Shown: positions 53,083 through 63,920 of the stretch, one piece after another
How the letters are laid out: every line of letters starts with the position of its first letter
Position numbering within the stretch: position 1 is the first letter of the stretch
Origin: an uncultured Verrucomicrobiae bacterium
Lineage (GTDB): Bacteria; Verrucomicrobiota; Verrucomicrobiia; Chthoniobacterales; Chthoniobacteraceae
Length of the DNA: 64,000 bases
Assembly: GCA_963769025.1 (NCBI GenBank)
Contig: CAVYKI010000010.1
Coordinates: 352,001-416,000, forward strand
Reading direction: 5' to 3'
Notes under the pieces: generated by a model
Seen by the model: the letters and a program-made list of their open reading frames with translations, nothing else
What the model was told of the DNA's origin: nothing
The model's database searches: none
Program-made: the position numbers and the translations under genes

Positions 53083-53547
53083 ATGAGCGTCCGCATCCGC
53101 CAAATCTTCATCAGCCCCGGCCACAACTTCGTGGGCCACCACGGGAAGCCTCCCGGCGATAACCTGACCGTCGAGGTCCGCGAAGCACGATGCCTGGAGG
53201 GTCGCGGCATCGAGGGCGACCGGTATCTGGATTTCAAGGAGGACTACAAGGGGCAGGTCACGTTCTTCGCGTGGGAGATTTACGAGCGGCTCTGCGCGCA
53301 GTTCGGCGTGCACGACAAGTCGGCGGGAGTGTTCCGGCGCAATTTCATCACGGACGGGTCGGACTTGAACGCGCTGATCGGAAAGGAATTCGAGGTGCAG
53401 GGCGTGCGCTTCTTCGGCACGCAGGAAAGCGCGCCGTGCCACTGGATGAACAAGGCATTCGCCGAAGGCGCGGAGGATGCGCTGAAGGGAAACGGCGGGC
53501 TGCGGGCGAGGATTCTCTGCGACGGCGTGCTGCGAGTGGACGCGTAA
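53083..53547 (+). CDS. MOSC domain protein
   Basis: GIEGDRY, FRRNFIT, PCHWM, GGLRARIL.DG. Confidence 0.85.
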   Translation: MSVRIRQIFISPGHNFVGHHGKPPGDNLTVEVREARCLEGRGIEGDRYLDFKEDYKGQVTFFAWEIYERLCAQFGVHDKSAGVFRRNFITDGSDLNALIGKEFEVQGVRFFGTQESAPCHWMNKAFAEGAEDALKGNGGLRARILCDGVLRVDA

Positions 53548-53579
53548 AAAAAGCGCCGGGCGGCTGCCGCGTCCGGCGC
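53546..53579 (-). terminator. Intrinsic terminator for the kinase/response-regulator pair
   Basis: GCGCCGG...CCGGCGC stem followed by seven T on the minus strand. Confidence 0.65.
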
Positions 53580-53601
53580 CGCAGAATCGTCCGCGTGCGG
53601 A

Positions 53602-53985
53602 CTAAACGGGGAGGTGTTTGTCGATGAACTCGACGATGGCGTCGGTGCTCGCCGGCTTGGCCAGGAAAGGGTAGCCGCCCAGCACGCCACCGCGCGCATC
53701 GACTTCCGACTTCCTCACCGTCGCCGTGAGGAAAACGATCGGCACCTTGGCCAGCGCCGGGTTTTCCTTGAGCTTCGCCGCGACATCGCCTCCGTCCATG
53801 TCCGGCATGATCACGTCGAGCACGACCAGATCCGGACGGAATTCCAACGCCGCCTCCACCACCTTCGTCGAGTCGTTTTCCGCGCGCACCTCGTACTTCC
53901 CTGTCTGCTCCAAGGTCATCCGGAGCAGGCGCGTCGTCACTTTCTCATCATCGACAATCAGAATCTTGCTCAGCCTGTTGCTCAT
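53602..53985 (-). CDS. Single-domain response regulator
   Basis: ILIVDDE, LDVIMPDMDG, FLTA, KP. Confidence 0.9.
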   Translation of the reverse strand: MSNRLSKILIVDDEKVTTRLLRMTLEQTGKYEVRAENDSTKVVEAALEFRPDLVVLDVIMPDMDGGDVAAKLKENPALAKVPIVFLTATVRKSEVDARGGVLGGYPFLAKPASTDAIVEFIDKHLPV

Positions 53986-53994
53986 GGGTCGTTT

Positions 53995-56043
53995 CTAGGG
54001 AGCATGAACGAGCATGTCAACCGGTGTTGAGGGTTGAGCTTCCCGTTCCGTGTATGCCTTGAAAGTAATCCTCGCCGTGACGCCGGATTCCGGCCGGTTC
54101 ATGAGCTGGAGATTCCCGCCGTGGAGTTCGATGATCTTTTTCGACACCGTCAGCCCGAGGCCGGTTCCCTTTCCTGCCGGCTTGGTGGTGAAGAACGGAT
54201 CGAAAATCTTGGCAATCTTCTCCTCCGGAATCCCCTGCCCGGAATCGCTGATCTCGAGGACGACGACGCTGTCTCCAGCGCGGACCCGTTCGTTTTTCTT
54301 CGCGCCCTCATCACGTTCACCTGCGATGGACGTTTCGACATACGTTTTGACGATGACCTTGCCTCCCTCGGGCATCGCGTGCATCGCGTTGCCGAAGAGG
54401 TTGATCATCACCTGCTCGATTTTGACACGATCCAATTCCACCGGTGGAAGCATCGGGGCAAGGTGCTTCTCGACCGTGACGCGGTTCTTGATGAGTTCGA
54501 GCCTCAGCAAAACCAGCGCGGTCTCGAGGGTTTCGTTCAGATCTTCGGCCCTGAGATCCATCTCGTTCGGCACCGCGTACTCGAGCATTCCGCGCAGAAT
54601 CCTGTCCATGCGCAGGATGGCACCCCGCATGTCGCCCAGCACCTCGGCCCAGACCGTCTCCTCCCGGGGGATCGCCTTTTCGAGAAATTCCGTGCCGAGC
54701 AAAAGTTGGTTGAGCGGGTTCTTCACCTCGTGGGCGATGCCCGCCGACAGCCGCCCGAGTGATTCCAGCTTCTCGGCCTGGATGAGCATCATCTGGGTTT
54801 CACGGAGTTCCGCATTGGAACGCTCGAGATCCTCGACCGCCTTTCTCAGGGCCTGCGCGCTCTGCTCGCGGGCGGCCTCGGCCTGCTTTTTCGTGGTGAT
54901 GTCGCGGCTCAGGCAGACGAGCCCGGCGACCCGCGAGTCGGTGCCCACGAGCGGGATCTTGCTCGTGGAAAGCCACACATGCTCGCCGTGGGGACGGTCC
55001 ACGGTCGGCTCTTCGCGCTCGATGGACGGCCGGCTCGACCGGATCACCGCGAGGTCATCCACCTGGTAGCGCGCGGCGAGGTCGGGCGGGAAAAGATTGA
55101 AGGCGGTCTTGCCGATGATCTCCTTTGGATCTTCGGCGCCCATGAATGCGCAATGCGCCGCATTGCTCACGATGTACCGGCCCTGAAGATCCTTCACGTA
55201 CACGTGCTCGGGAAGGTTATCGATGATGGAGCGCAGCAGATTTCTCTCTTCCGCGAGGCGGTTCTCGGCGAGGACCCGCTGCGTGACGTCGCGGATGATC
55301 AGCCCGAAGTAGCGCAAGTCACCGACCAACCACGTGCTCAACGAAATCTCCACGGGAAACTCGCTGCCACCCGCGCTCACTCCGTAGAGTTGGCCAGCCC
55401 CGACAATGAAGCTCCCCGGTCCTCCCGTCGGAAACCGCGCCATCTCCGCCACGAATTGCCCGCGGCTCCGGCTCGCAAGCAATTCAGTGACCTGCTTGCC
55501 CAGGATTTCCTCCGGTCCGTAGCCGAACATCAGGTTCGCCCCGGTGTTCCACGATGCCACGTTTCCATCCGCGTCGGCCGCGATGATCCCCTCGCCGGCG
55601 GCTTCGGTGATCGACCGGAATTTGAGTTCCGATTCCCGAAGCGCCTCCTGCACGCGGACGCGCTCGATGGCATGGCCGATCGACCGATCGAGCAAGGCCG
55701 GAGTCATCTCATTCTTCGGGATGAAATCGGCGGCTCCGGCAGCCACGGTCTGGACGTCGATCGCCGGATCCTCCAGGCCCGAAAGAATGATCAGCGGGAA
55801 CCTGCAGTCCACGGCCTTTGCCTCGCGCAAGACATCCATTGCCGTGCGCTTGCCGAGTTTGAAATCCACCAGCGCCACATCATACGAATCCCGCAACTGC
55901 CCGATCGCGATCTCGTAAGAAGGCGACCAGGTGAGGTCAAAGTGCCGCCTGGAGATCGACTCGAGCGTCTCTTTGAGCAGATGAAAATCCGCCCGGTCGT
56001 CGTCCACGACGAGCACCTTGACTGGCTTGAGGTCGTTATTCAC
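53995..56043 (-). CDS. Cytoplasmic REC-PAS-PAS histidine kinase
   Basis: N-terminal receiver, two PAS/PAC, AHEVKNPL H-box, NLFGNA, DSGQGI, FFTTK, GTGLGL. Confidence 0.92.
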   Translation of the reverse strand: MNNDLKPVKVLVVDDDRADFHLLKETLESISRRHFDLTWSPSYEIAIGQLRDSYDVALVDFKLGKRTAMDVLREAKAVDCRFPLIILSGLEDPAIDVQTVAAGAADFIPKNEMTPALLDRSIGHAIERVRVQEALRESELKFRSITEAAGEGIIAADADGNVASWNTGANLMFGYGPEEILGKQVTELLASRSRGQFVAEMARFPTGGPGSFIVGAGQLYGVSAGGSEFPVEISLSTWLVGDLRYFGLIIRDVTQRVLAENRLAEERNLLRSIIDNLPEHVYVKDLQGRYIVSNAAHCAFMGAEDPKEIIGKTAFNLFPPDLAARYQVDDLAVIRSSRPSIEREEPTVDRPHGEHVWLSTSKIPLVGTDSRVAGLVCLSRDITTKKQAEAAREQSAQALRKAVEDLERSNAELRETQMMLIQAEKLESLGRLSAGIAHEVKNPLNQLLLGTEFLEKAIPREETVWAEVLGDMRGAILRMDRILRGMLEYAVPNEMDLRAEDLNETLETALVLLRLELIKNRVTVEKHLAPMLPPVELDRVKIEQVMINLFGNAMHAMPEGGKVIVKTYVETSIAGERDEGAKKNERVRAGDSVVVLEISDSGQGIPEEKIAKIFDPFFTTKPAGKGTGLGLTVSKKIIELHGGNLQLMNRPESGVTARITFKAYTEREAQPSTPVDMLVHAP

Positions 56044-56242
56044 ACCGTTTGAGGGTTTGGTTAAGCCGCACGTTGTTCATGAACCAAATCCCGGTGGCAC
56101 GCAAGCCTCGCCGCGAAGATAGAAACGCATCTCGAACGGTGTCCCCCGCCGCAGGACTGCACCGCGCGATTGCGGCCGCATCCGAGAAAACACCCGGCAC
56201 GACTTGACGCTGCAACAGACTGCCGCCACCTTTTCCCTTCTT

Positions 56243-57544
56243 ATGCGAAAGCCTGCGATCATCCAAGCCATCACCGTGACCGCGATCCTCTGCGCGACCC
56301 CTCTGGCCGGTGCGGTGGACATCTTCGGATGGAAGCCGTTCGGCGACAAAAATGCCGGGAAAGCCTCAGCCACTCCCGAGCAGGAATCGGCGGCCGCACA
56401 GGAATTGCGCAGCGGCGAAGCGCTCGAAACCAGCGGTCGGCTGGATTCGGCGCTGAAGGTGTACCGGGGGATCGTGAAATCCGGCCCGGTGACCGCGGCC
56501 TCCGCGAAGGCGCAGTTTCACATCGGCCACATTCTCGAGCGCAAAGGCGACCTGCCGGATGCCTTTAAGGCGTATTCGGAATACACGGCGAAATACCCGA
56601 ACGGGACCGATTTCGACCGGGTGATCCAGTCGCAGTTCGACATCGCGAAGATTTTCCTCGGCGGCAAGAAGACGAAGGTGCTCGGGGTGCCGCTTTCGCC
56701 GTCGTACAAGCGCGCGGAGGAAATGTTCGCCGCCATCGTGAAGAGCGCGCCGTTCCACCGGCTGGCGCCGATGGCGCAGTTCAACGTGGGCCAATCGCTC
56801 GAAAAGCAGGCGAAAGTGCCCGAGGCGATCGCCGCCTACCGCGACGTCATCAACCGCTATCCCGGCGATCCCGTGGCGCACGACGCGCAGTACCAGCTCG
56901 GCTACGTACAATTCAACGAGACCCAGACGGGCAGCTACAACCAGCAGACGCGGCAGCAGGCGAAGGAGTCGTTTGAAGAATACGTGAACCGCCAGCCGAA
57001 GAGCGAAAAAATGGCGCAGGCCCGGGAGAACATCAAGGTGCTGACGAGCGCGGAGCTCAAGAACACGATGGAGATCGCGAAATTCTACGACAAGACGAAG
57101 AACTACAAGGCGGCCGTCGTTTACTATAACGAGGTCATCAAAAGCGCCCCGGGCGGACCGGAGAGCGACCAGGCGCGCAAGCGCATTGAGGAACTCAAGG
57201 CCATTGCCGGCGCGGATGTTCTCCGCTCAGGCCCCGAAAAGGCGGAGAGCGGCGAGATGGCGCTCGCCCGGCGCCGTGCCCAGGCGCGCGTGGATGTCGC
57301 CAGCCGTCCCGACTTTAACGGTCCCTACATCCCGCTGCCGCCGCTGCCGGACGACGGTCGTCCGCGCCTGCGCACGCCGGGGCCGATGGGACCGATCACC
57401 GAGCCTGCGCTGCCGACGACCGATCCGCTGCAGGATCCCTCGCTGCCGAAGCTGCGCCCAGGCGACCCGCTCATCCCGTTGCAACCGCTCCCGCCCCTGC
57501 CGGAGCCCAAGCCCGAGGCTGACCCCGCGAACAAGGCGCAATGA
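56243..57544 (+). CDS. bamD: BamD-like TPR outer-membrane assembly protein with Pro-rich tail
   Basis: Signal peptide, TPR repeats, IAKFYDKTKNYKAAVVYYNEVI; upstream of lptE. Confidence 0.68.
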   Translation: MRKPAIIQAITVTAILCATPLAGAVDIFGWKPFGDKNAGKASATPEQESAAAQELRSGEALETSGRLDSALKVYRGIVKSGPVTAASAKAQFHIGHILERKGDLPDAFKAYSEYTAKYPNGTDFDRVIQSQFDIAKIFLGGKKTKVLGVPLSPSYKRAEEMFAAIVKSAPFHRLAPMAQFNVGQSLEKQAKVPEAIAAYRDVINRYPGDPVAHDAQYQLGYVQFNETQTGSYNQQTRQQAKESFEEYVNRQPKSEKMAQARENIKVLTSAELKNTMEIAKFYDKTKNYKAAVVYYNEVIKSAPGGPESDQARKRIEELKAIAGADVLRSGPEKAESGEMALARRRAQARVDVASRPDFNGPYIPLPPLPDDGRPRLRTPGPMGPITEPALPTTDPLQDPSLPKLRPGDPLIPLQPLPPLPEPKPEADPANKAQ

Positions 57545-58071
57545 GGTTCGTGCTGTCGTTGCTCGCGGCGCTCCTCTGCACGTCGTGCGGCTACCATGTG
57601 GGGCCGGTAAAGCCGACCAAGCTGCAGGACATCCGCCGCATTTGCGTAAAGAACTTCAAAAATGAAACGCTCGAGCCGCGCATGGAGGCGATGCTCGCCA
57701 GCGCGGTCATCAAGCAGCTCCAACTCGACGGCACCTACGAGATCACGGGCGAATCGCGCGCCGACGCCATCCTGCAGGGCACGCTCATGCGCATCGAGCG
57801 CACCCCGGCGCGGGTGGTGCGCGGCAATGTCCTCCAGAGTTCGGAATATCTCCTCACGATCACGTGCAGCTATGTCCTCACGACGGCGCGGACCGGAAAG
57901 GTGCTCGACCAGCGGCAGATCATCGGGACGACGAATTTCTTCGTCTCCGCCGGATCGAGCGGCGCGGACCTGCTCACCGCCGACTCTGCGCGGGACGAAC
58001 GCCAGGCGATCCCGCTCGCCGTCGAGGATCTCGCCACGCGCCTCTCGAGCCTCCTCTGCGAAGGCTGGTGA
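57541..58071 (+). CDS. lptE: LPS assembly lipoprotein LptE-like
   Basis: Lipobox TSCGYH, FKNETLEP, ADAILQG. Confidence 0.75.
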   Translation: MRFVLSLLAALLCTSCGYHVGPVKPTKLQDIRRICVKNFKNETLEPRMEAMLASAVIKQLQLDGTYEITGESRADAILQGTLMRIERTPARVVRGNVLQSSEYLLTITCSYVLTTARTGKVLDQRQIIGTTNFFVSAGSSGADLLTADSARDERQAIPLAVEDLATRLSSLLCEGW

Positions 58072-58079
58072 CGAACGAA

Positions 58080-58222
58080 GTTGAGGGTTGAGGGTCGAGG
58101 GTTGAGAGGCGAAGAATCGGGCGCTTGCACCAACATTTTGCCCTGCCAGAAAAACGACACGCTCGGAGGACCGGCACACGGCTTTGTTTTTTCCTCTCAA
58201 CTCTCAACCATCAACCATCAAC
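58080..58222. repeat. Inverted pair of heptamer tandem repeats
   Basis: (GTTGAGG)x4-like at 58080-58107 and (CTCTCAA)2(CCATCAA)2 at 58194-58221. Confidence 0.7.
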
Positions 58223-58230
58223 TGCCGGAA

Positions 58231-58896
58231 ATGCTCTTCCTCGTCCCCACACCCATCGGCAATCTCGGCGACATCACCGTCCGGGCGCTCGACGTGCTGA
58301 AGGACGCTGACTTCATCGCCTGCGAGGACACGCGGCACAGCATCCACCTGCTCCGGCATTTCGGGATCGAAAAACCGCTCGTGAGCTACCACGAGCACAA
58401 CGAGGCGCGGCGCACGGCCGAATTCATCGAGCAGCTCGCCGCGGGGAAAAAGATCGCCATCATCAGCGACGCCGGGCTTCCCGGCATCAGCGATCCCGGC
58501 CATCGGATCCTCCGCGCGTGCCAGCAGCGCGGGCTGCCCTACACCGTGCTCCCCGGCGCGAGTGCCGTCCTCACGGCGCTGGTCGGCTCGGGCTTTGACG
58601 CGACGAAGTTTTACTACGCGGGATTTCTCCCGGTCAAAAGCGGCGGACGCGAACGCGATCTCCGCGCGGCGGGCGAACGCGAGGAGACCACCGTCTTTTT
58701 CGAATCGCCGCACCGCCTCGTGAAGACGCTCACGGCCGCGACCACACTGCTGCCGGAGCGCCCGCTGTGCGTCGCGCGCGAACTCACGAAAACCTTTGAG
58801 GAATACCGGCGCGGCACCGCCGCCGAGCTGCTCGCCCACTACACCGCGCACCCGCCGAAGGGCGAGATCGTCCTGATCGTCGCCGGCCTCGACTGA
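58231..58896 (+). CDS. rsmI: 16S rRNA (cytidine1402-2'-O)-methyltransferase
   Basis: LVPTPIGNLGDIT, ACEDTR, SDAGLPGISDPG, FESPHRL, ARELTK, KGEIV. Confidence 0.95.
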   Translation: MLFLVPTPIGNLGDITVRALDVLKDADFIACEDTRHSIHLLRHFGIEKPLVSYHEHNEARRTAEFIEQLAAGKKIAIISDAGLPGISDPGHRILRACQQRGLPYTVLPGASAVLTALVGSGFDATKFYYAGFLPVKSGGRERDLRAAGEREETTVFFESPHRLVKTLTAATTLLPERPLCVARELTKTFEEYRRGTAAELLAHYTAHPPKGEIVLIVAGLD

Positions 58897-59303
58897 TGAA
58901 CGCAAACCCCATGTCCCTGCTCCGGCTGCTGCTCCTCCTTTCCGTGCTGTCTTTCACCGCGTGCACCGACCCGCGGAGCACTGCGGCATCGCGCCTCCGG
59001 AACGCCGATGTCGCGGAACTCCGCTCCGATGTCGCAAAGCTTTGCACGCGCCTGTTCCTCTCACCAGGTTCCACCATGGTCGCCGTCCGCCCGGAGATGT
59101 GGCCCGCCAGCGTGCTCAAACTCCGCCCGCTTCGCCTGAACCTCTACCCCGACGGTCTCGCCGTCACGGTCCAGGCCGAGCCCGGTTTCGAATACGGCAT
59201 CCACATTGCCCCCACGGGCCATTCGGAGCCGCCGAAATCCACCGCCCGCACGCAATACGAGAAGCTCCAGGACGGCATCTGCTACTTCGTGCAGAAGCGG
59301 TAG
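58896..59303 (+). CDS. Hypothetical lipoprotein
   Basis: Hydrophobic signal ending FTAC; start may be ATG 58911. Confidence 0.55.
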   Translation: MNANPMSLLRLLLLLSVLSFTACTDPRSTAASRLRNADVAELRSDVAKLCTRLFLSPGSTMVAVRPEMWPASVLKLRPLRLNLYPDGLAVTVQAEPGFEYGIHIAPTGHSEPPKSTARTQYEKLQDGICYFVQKR

Positions 59304-59319
59304 CTTCCCGCTCCAAACG

Positions 59320-59352
59320 AAAAACCCCGACCACTCTCGCAGCCGGGGTTTT
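59320..59352. terminator. Bidirectional intrinsic terminator between convergent genes
   Basis: AAAAACCCCG...CGGGGTTTT. Confidence 0.7.
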
Positions 59353-59372
59353 CGTAAAATGATGTGCAGCGT

Positions 59373-59630
59373 TTAGCTCGCGGACGCGACGGGATCCACG
59401 TTGATACGGCGGCCGCCCTTGTCGAAGCGCACCTTGCCGTCCACGAGCGCCCAGATTGTGTAGTCGCGACCGAGGCCGACATTCTTGCCCGGCTGGAATT
59501 TCGTTCCGCGCTGACGGACGATGATGTTGCCGGCGACGACGACTTCGCTGCCGTATTTTTTCACGCCCAGCCGCTTGCTGACGCTGTCGCGGCCGTTCTT
59601 GACGCTTCCCTGACCTTTCTTATGAGCCAT
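59373..59630 (-). CDS. rpmA: 50S ribosomal protein L27
   Basis: [27 protein letters not shown]. Confidence 0.97.
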   Translation of the reverse strand: MAHKKGQGSVKNGRDSVSKRLGVKKYGSEVVVAGNIIVRQRGTKFQPGKNVGLGRDYTIWALVDGKVRFDKGGRRINVDPVASAS

Positions 59631-59660
59631 AAAATTGAGTGGTGAGTGTTGGGTTGAAAA

Positions 59661-59969
59661 TTAGCCGATGGCCGTGACCTTCACCTTCGTGAGGCGCTGG
59701 CGATGACCGACCGTGCGGTGGTAGCCCTTGCGGCGCTTGTAACGGTAGGCGAGCAGCTTTTCGCCTTTCTCCTGCGCGAGGATCTCGCCGGTCACGGAGA
59801 CTCCCTTCGTGTCGCCGCCGACCTTGATATCGGCGCCTGTGCCCGTGAGGAGCACCTCGCTGAACGTGACGGAAGAGCCGACTTCGCCCTCGAGTTTTTC
59901 GATGGTGAGCGTATCGCCTTTGGCGACCCGGTATTGTTTACCACCGGTTTTGATGACTGCGTAAGACAT
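59661..59969 (-). CDS. rplU: 50S ribosomal protein L21
   Basis: YAVIKTGGKQYRV, KRRKGY..GHRQ. Confidence 0.97.
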   Translation of the reverse strand: MSYAVIKTGGKQYRVAKGDTLTIEKLEGEVGSSVTFSEVLLTGTGADIKVGGDTKGVSVTGEILAQEKGEKLLAYRYKRRKGYHRTVGHRQRLTKVKVTAIG

Positions 59970-60115
59970 GGCGTTGTTTTCTTGGAAAATGGGCGCGGAA
60001 ACTGGCACCGACGCCGCACTCTGGCAAGGGATAAAATCGCACGAACTTCAAATGCACCCCCGCCGGGTTTTGCCCGCTTGCCTAAGGAACCCTCGCGTTC
60101 CAAGGTTTTCCCATC

Positions 60116-61144
60116 ATGAAAACCCCCTCCGTCCCCTCCCAGTGCCCCGATTGCGAATCGCCCCGCATCATCGTCGTCCACGAACCGCTCCCGCAGATCG
60201 AGCGCCGCGTCTTTTTGAAAAAAACCATCGGCGCGCTCGCCGCCACCGCAGTCGCGCCGTGGGCGCAGGCCGCGAAGGGCGGAAAGAGCGAGACGCTCGT
60301 GCAGCAGTTCGCCAAGACGCTCACCGAGCAGCAGCGCGCGAAGGTCTGGTTCCCGTTCGAGGACCGCAAGCGCACGCTCGTGGACAACAACTGGCACATC
60401 GTGGACGAGAAGCTCGGCGCGTTTTTCACCAAGGATCAGCAGGCGATGGTGCGCGAGATTTTCCTCGGCCTGCACTCGCCGGAGTACGCGGAGAAAGTGA
60501 TCCAGCAGGTCACGCACGACAGCGGCAAGGCGGGATTCGAGGACTCGTCCGTCGCGCTCTTCGGCGAGCCCGGCACGGGCAATTTTGAATTCGTGCTCAC
60601 AGGCCGCCACTGCACGCGGCGCTGCGACGGCGACAGCGTCGAAGGTGCGGCGTTTGGCGGGCCCATTTTCTACGGCCACGCCGCCGCGGGATTCAATGAG
60701 CCGCCGGATCATCCTGGCAATGCGTATTGGTACCAGGCGAAGCGGGCGAACGCGGTCTTCCAGATGCTCGATGGCAAACAGCGCGAGAAGGCGCTGCTCG
60801 ACCGCGGGCGCGAAGAGACCGGCAACAACACCGTGAAGCTTCAGGGCAAAGGCGCGAACATCGAGGGCCTCGCCGTCGCCGACATGACGAAGGACCAGCG
60901 CGAAGGCGTGCGCGGCGTGCTGAGCGATCTGCTCGCGCCGTTCCGCAAGGAGGACGCCGACGAGGCGCTGAAATACGTGGACGCCGCGGGCTTCGACAAC
61001 GTCCACATGGCGTTCTACAAGGCCGGCGACATCGGCAAGGACGGCGTGTGGGACGTCTGGCAGATCGAAGGACCGAACATGGTCTGGTACTTCCGCGGCT
61101 CCCCGCACGTGCATGTGTGGGTGAATATCGCGGCCAGCGCGTAA
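60116..61144 (+). CDS. DUF3500-like exported protein
   Basis: RRVFLKK Tat-like signal, LTEQQR, FGEPG, GRHCT, WQIEGP..WYFRGSPHVH. Confidence 0.6.
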   Translation: MKTPSVPSQCPDCESPRIIVVHEPLPQIERRVFLKKTIGALAATAVAPWAQAAKGGKSETLVQQFAKTLTEQQRAKVWFPFEDRKRTLVDNNWHIVDEKLGAFFTKDQQAMVREIFLGLHSPEYAEKVIQQVTHDSGKAGFEDSSVALFGEPGTGNFEFVLTGRHCTRRCDGDSVEGAAFGGPIFYGHAAAGFNEPPDHPGNAYWYQAKRANAVFQMLDGKQREKALLDRGREETGNNTVKLQGKGANIEGLAVADMTKDQREGVRGVLSDLLAPFRKEDADEALKYVDAAGFDNVHMAFYKAGDIGKDGVWDVWQIEGPNMVWYFRGSPHVHVWVNIAASA

Positions 61145-61159
61145 CGCCGGATCAGAGCA

Positions 61160-61822
61160 TCACCGCACGATCCCGCTGAGCGCCGGCGGCAACGCCTCCA
61201 CACCGAAGGCCACTTCGCCAAGCATCGGCACCGCGCCGCCCGGCAGCGTGGCGAGCAATTCGCCGAGCACCCCGGCGTTCGTCAGCACCGCCGCATCACC
61301 GTCCGCAGGCGGCTGCGCCTGGTTCAAAATCACGCCCGCGCAACGCAGCCCCCGCGCGTGAATCGCCGCGACGGTGAGCAGCGTGTGATTGATCACGCCG
61401 AGCCGGTTCGCCGCCACGATGACTACCGGCAGCGCGAATTCCGCCGCGAGATCCGCCATCGAGAAATCCCGCGCCACCGGCACCAGCCAGCCGCCCGCGC
61501 CCTCCACGATCACCGTGGCGTGCGCCGCGCGCAGTTGCGCAAATTTTTCGCGCACGAGCGCGAGGTCCACCATGCGTCCCTCGATCATCGCCGCCGTGTA
61601 AGGCGCAACCGGAGGACGCAGCCACACGGGGTTCACATCATTCAGCGCCACCGCACCACCCGACGCCTCCGTGAGCAGTTCGCCATCCTCCCGTCCGCCG
61701 CAGCAGATCGGCTTGAAGCCCACCGCATCGACACCGGTCGTGCGCAACGTCCGCACGAGCATCGCCGCCACGTGCGTCTTGCCCACGTTCGTGTCCGTCC
61801 CGGTGATGAAAAGTCCCGCCAC
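61160..61822 (-). CDS. bioD: Dethiobiotin synthase
   Basis: ITGTDTNVGKT, FKP, VEGAGG, LGVINHTLLT. Confidence 0.93.
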   Translation of the reverse strand: MAGLFITGTDTNVGKTHVAAMLVRTLRTTGVDAVGFKPICCGGREDGELLTEASGGAVALNDVNPVWLRPPVAPYTAAMIEGRMVDLALVREKFAQLRAAHATVIVEGAGGWLVPVARDFSMADLAAEFALPVVIVAANRLGVINHTLLTVAAIHARGLRCAGVILNQAQPPADGDAAVLTNAGVLGELLATLPGGAVPMLGEVAFGVEALPPALSGIVR

Positions 61823-61826
61823 GGCG

Positions 61827-63685
61827 CTACTCCACCGTCACGCTCTTCGCGAGGTTGCGCGGCTTGTCCACGTCGCAGCCGAGGGCGACGGCGGTGTGGT
61901 AGGCGAGGAGTTGCAGCGGGATGGAAGTGAGGATGGGCGTGAGGAAGTCCGGGCACGCGGGGATGCAGATGACGTCATCGGCGACGGCTTCCAGCTTGCT
62001 GCATCCCTCGGTGCCGATGGCGATGATCGGGCCCTTGCGCGCCTTCACTTCCTCGATGTTGCGAGATGTTTTTCTCGAGCACGCTGTCGTCGGGCGCGAT
62101 GAAGACGTGGGCAGTTCGGGCGTGATGAGCGCGATGACGCCGTGCTTCAGCTCCGCGCTCGGGTGGCCGCTCGCGTGGATGTAGGAGATCTCCTTCATCT
62201 TCAGCGCACCTTCGAGCGCGACCGGGTAGTTGAACTGCCGGCCGAGGAACATCATCGCGCTGGCCTTGCGCGTATTTCTGCGCGATGGCTTTGATGTGGT
62301 CGTCTGCGAGGATGCGGCGCGACCTTGTCGGGCATGCGCCTCGAGTTCATCGATGATGCGCAGCCCTTCGCGTGGTGCTCGAGGTGCCGGATGCGGCCGA
62401 GGAGCAGCGCGATGAGCGTGAGGATGGTGACCTGCGAGGTGAAGGATTTCGTCGCGGCGACGCCGATCTCCGGGCCGGCGTGCATGTAGACGCCGCCGTC
62501 GCTTTCGCGGGCGATGGTGCGAGCCGACGTTGTTGCAGATGCCGAGGGTGCGCAGGCCCTTGCGCTGGCTCTCGCGCAGGGCGGCGAGCGTGTCGGCGGT
62601 CTCGCCGCTCTGGCTGATGCAGAAGACGAGCGTGTCCTTCGGCAGCGGCAGATTGCGGTAGCGGAACTCGCTCGCGAACTCGACCTCGACCGGCACGTGC
62701 GCGAGCGCCTCGATGATGTATTCGCCGACCAGCGCCGCGTGGCAGGCGGTGCCGCAGCCGGTGAGGATGATGCGCTCGACCTCGCGCAGCTCCTGCGGCG
62801 TCATCTCGAGGCCGCCGAGCTTCGCGGTGGCCTCCTCGCGCGAGAGCCGGCCGCGCATCGCATCGCGGATCGTCTCCGGCTGCTCGTAGATTTCCTTGAG
62901 CATGTAGTGCGGGTAGTCGCCCTTGCTCACGTCCTCGGCGGTGAACTCGACCTTGCTCACCTCGAAGCCGCTCGCGCCGCCGAGCAGGCTGGTGATTTCA
63001 AACTCGTCCCGCGCCGAGCACGGCGATGTCGAAGTCCTTCAAATAAACCGCCTCGCGCGTGTGCGCGACGATGGCGCTCACGTCGCTCGCGAAAAAATTC
63101 TCGCCCTTGCCGACGCCGAGCACGAGCGGGCTGCCGCGCCGCGCGCCGACGATGACATCCGGCACGTCCGCGTGCATGAGCACGATGCCGTAGGTGCCGA
63201 CGACCTCGCGCAGCGCCTCGCGCAGCGCCTCGACGAGCCGCGCCTTTCGCGTGCGGTCGCCTTCAGCGCGTCGTAGTGTTTGCCGATGAGATGCGCGAGC
63301 ACCTCGGTGTCGGTCTGCGCGGTGAAGGTGTGGCCCTCGCTGGACGAGCTGATCGCGCAGCGTCGGCGTAGTTCTCGATGACGCCGTTGTGGCAGACGCG
63401 AGAGCGCCCGCTCTGGTCGAGGTGCGGGTGCGCGTTTTCATCCGTCACGCCGCCGTGCGTCGCCCAGCGGGTGTGCGAGATGCCGGCGTCGCCGCCCAGC
63501 GGCGACTGCTGGAGCAATGCGGCGAGGTTCGCGATGCGGCCGATGCGCTTGCGCGTCTCGATCGCGCCGCCGGAGATCGTCGCCACGCCCGCGGAGTCGT
63601 AGCCGCGATATTCGAGCCGGCGGAGGCCGTCGAGGAGAACGGGGACCGCCTGGTTTCTGCCGATGTAGCCAACGATTCCGCACAT
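61827..63685 (-). CDS. glmS: Glutamine-fructose-6-phosphate aminotransferase; several frameshifts
   Basis: [65 protein letters not shown]. Confidence 0.93.
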
Positions 63686-63793
63686 GAGAAAAGGAGAGTT
63701 CGAAAATGAATGCCGGGTGAGGCGGCAGTTATGCACACGGTGACGGAAGCGGCAAACCGCTTTCACGGATCGCCGATAATCGGAACACGGCCA

Positions 63794-63920
63794 TTTTGAA
63801 ACGCAGAGAAGCAGAGACGCGGAGGAAGCAGCGCCCCGCGGAAATCCGTGGCCAGCTCACATGGGATCTCTGGCGAGGGTGCCGTTCTTCTCTGCGTCTC
63901 CGCGTCTCTGCGTTGCAAAA
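63794..63920. repeat. Inverted repeat element (CGCAGAGACGCGGAG family)
   Basis: TTTTGAAACGCAGAGAAGCAGAGACGCGGAG ... CTCTGCGTCTCCGCGTCTCTGCGTTGCAAAA. Confidence 0.7.

Noticed and set aside
63686..63800. glmS ribozyme upstream of glmS
   Set aside because: I could not find the conserved core or P1-P2 pairing; the upstream region is occupied by an inverted repeat element instead.
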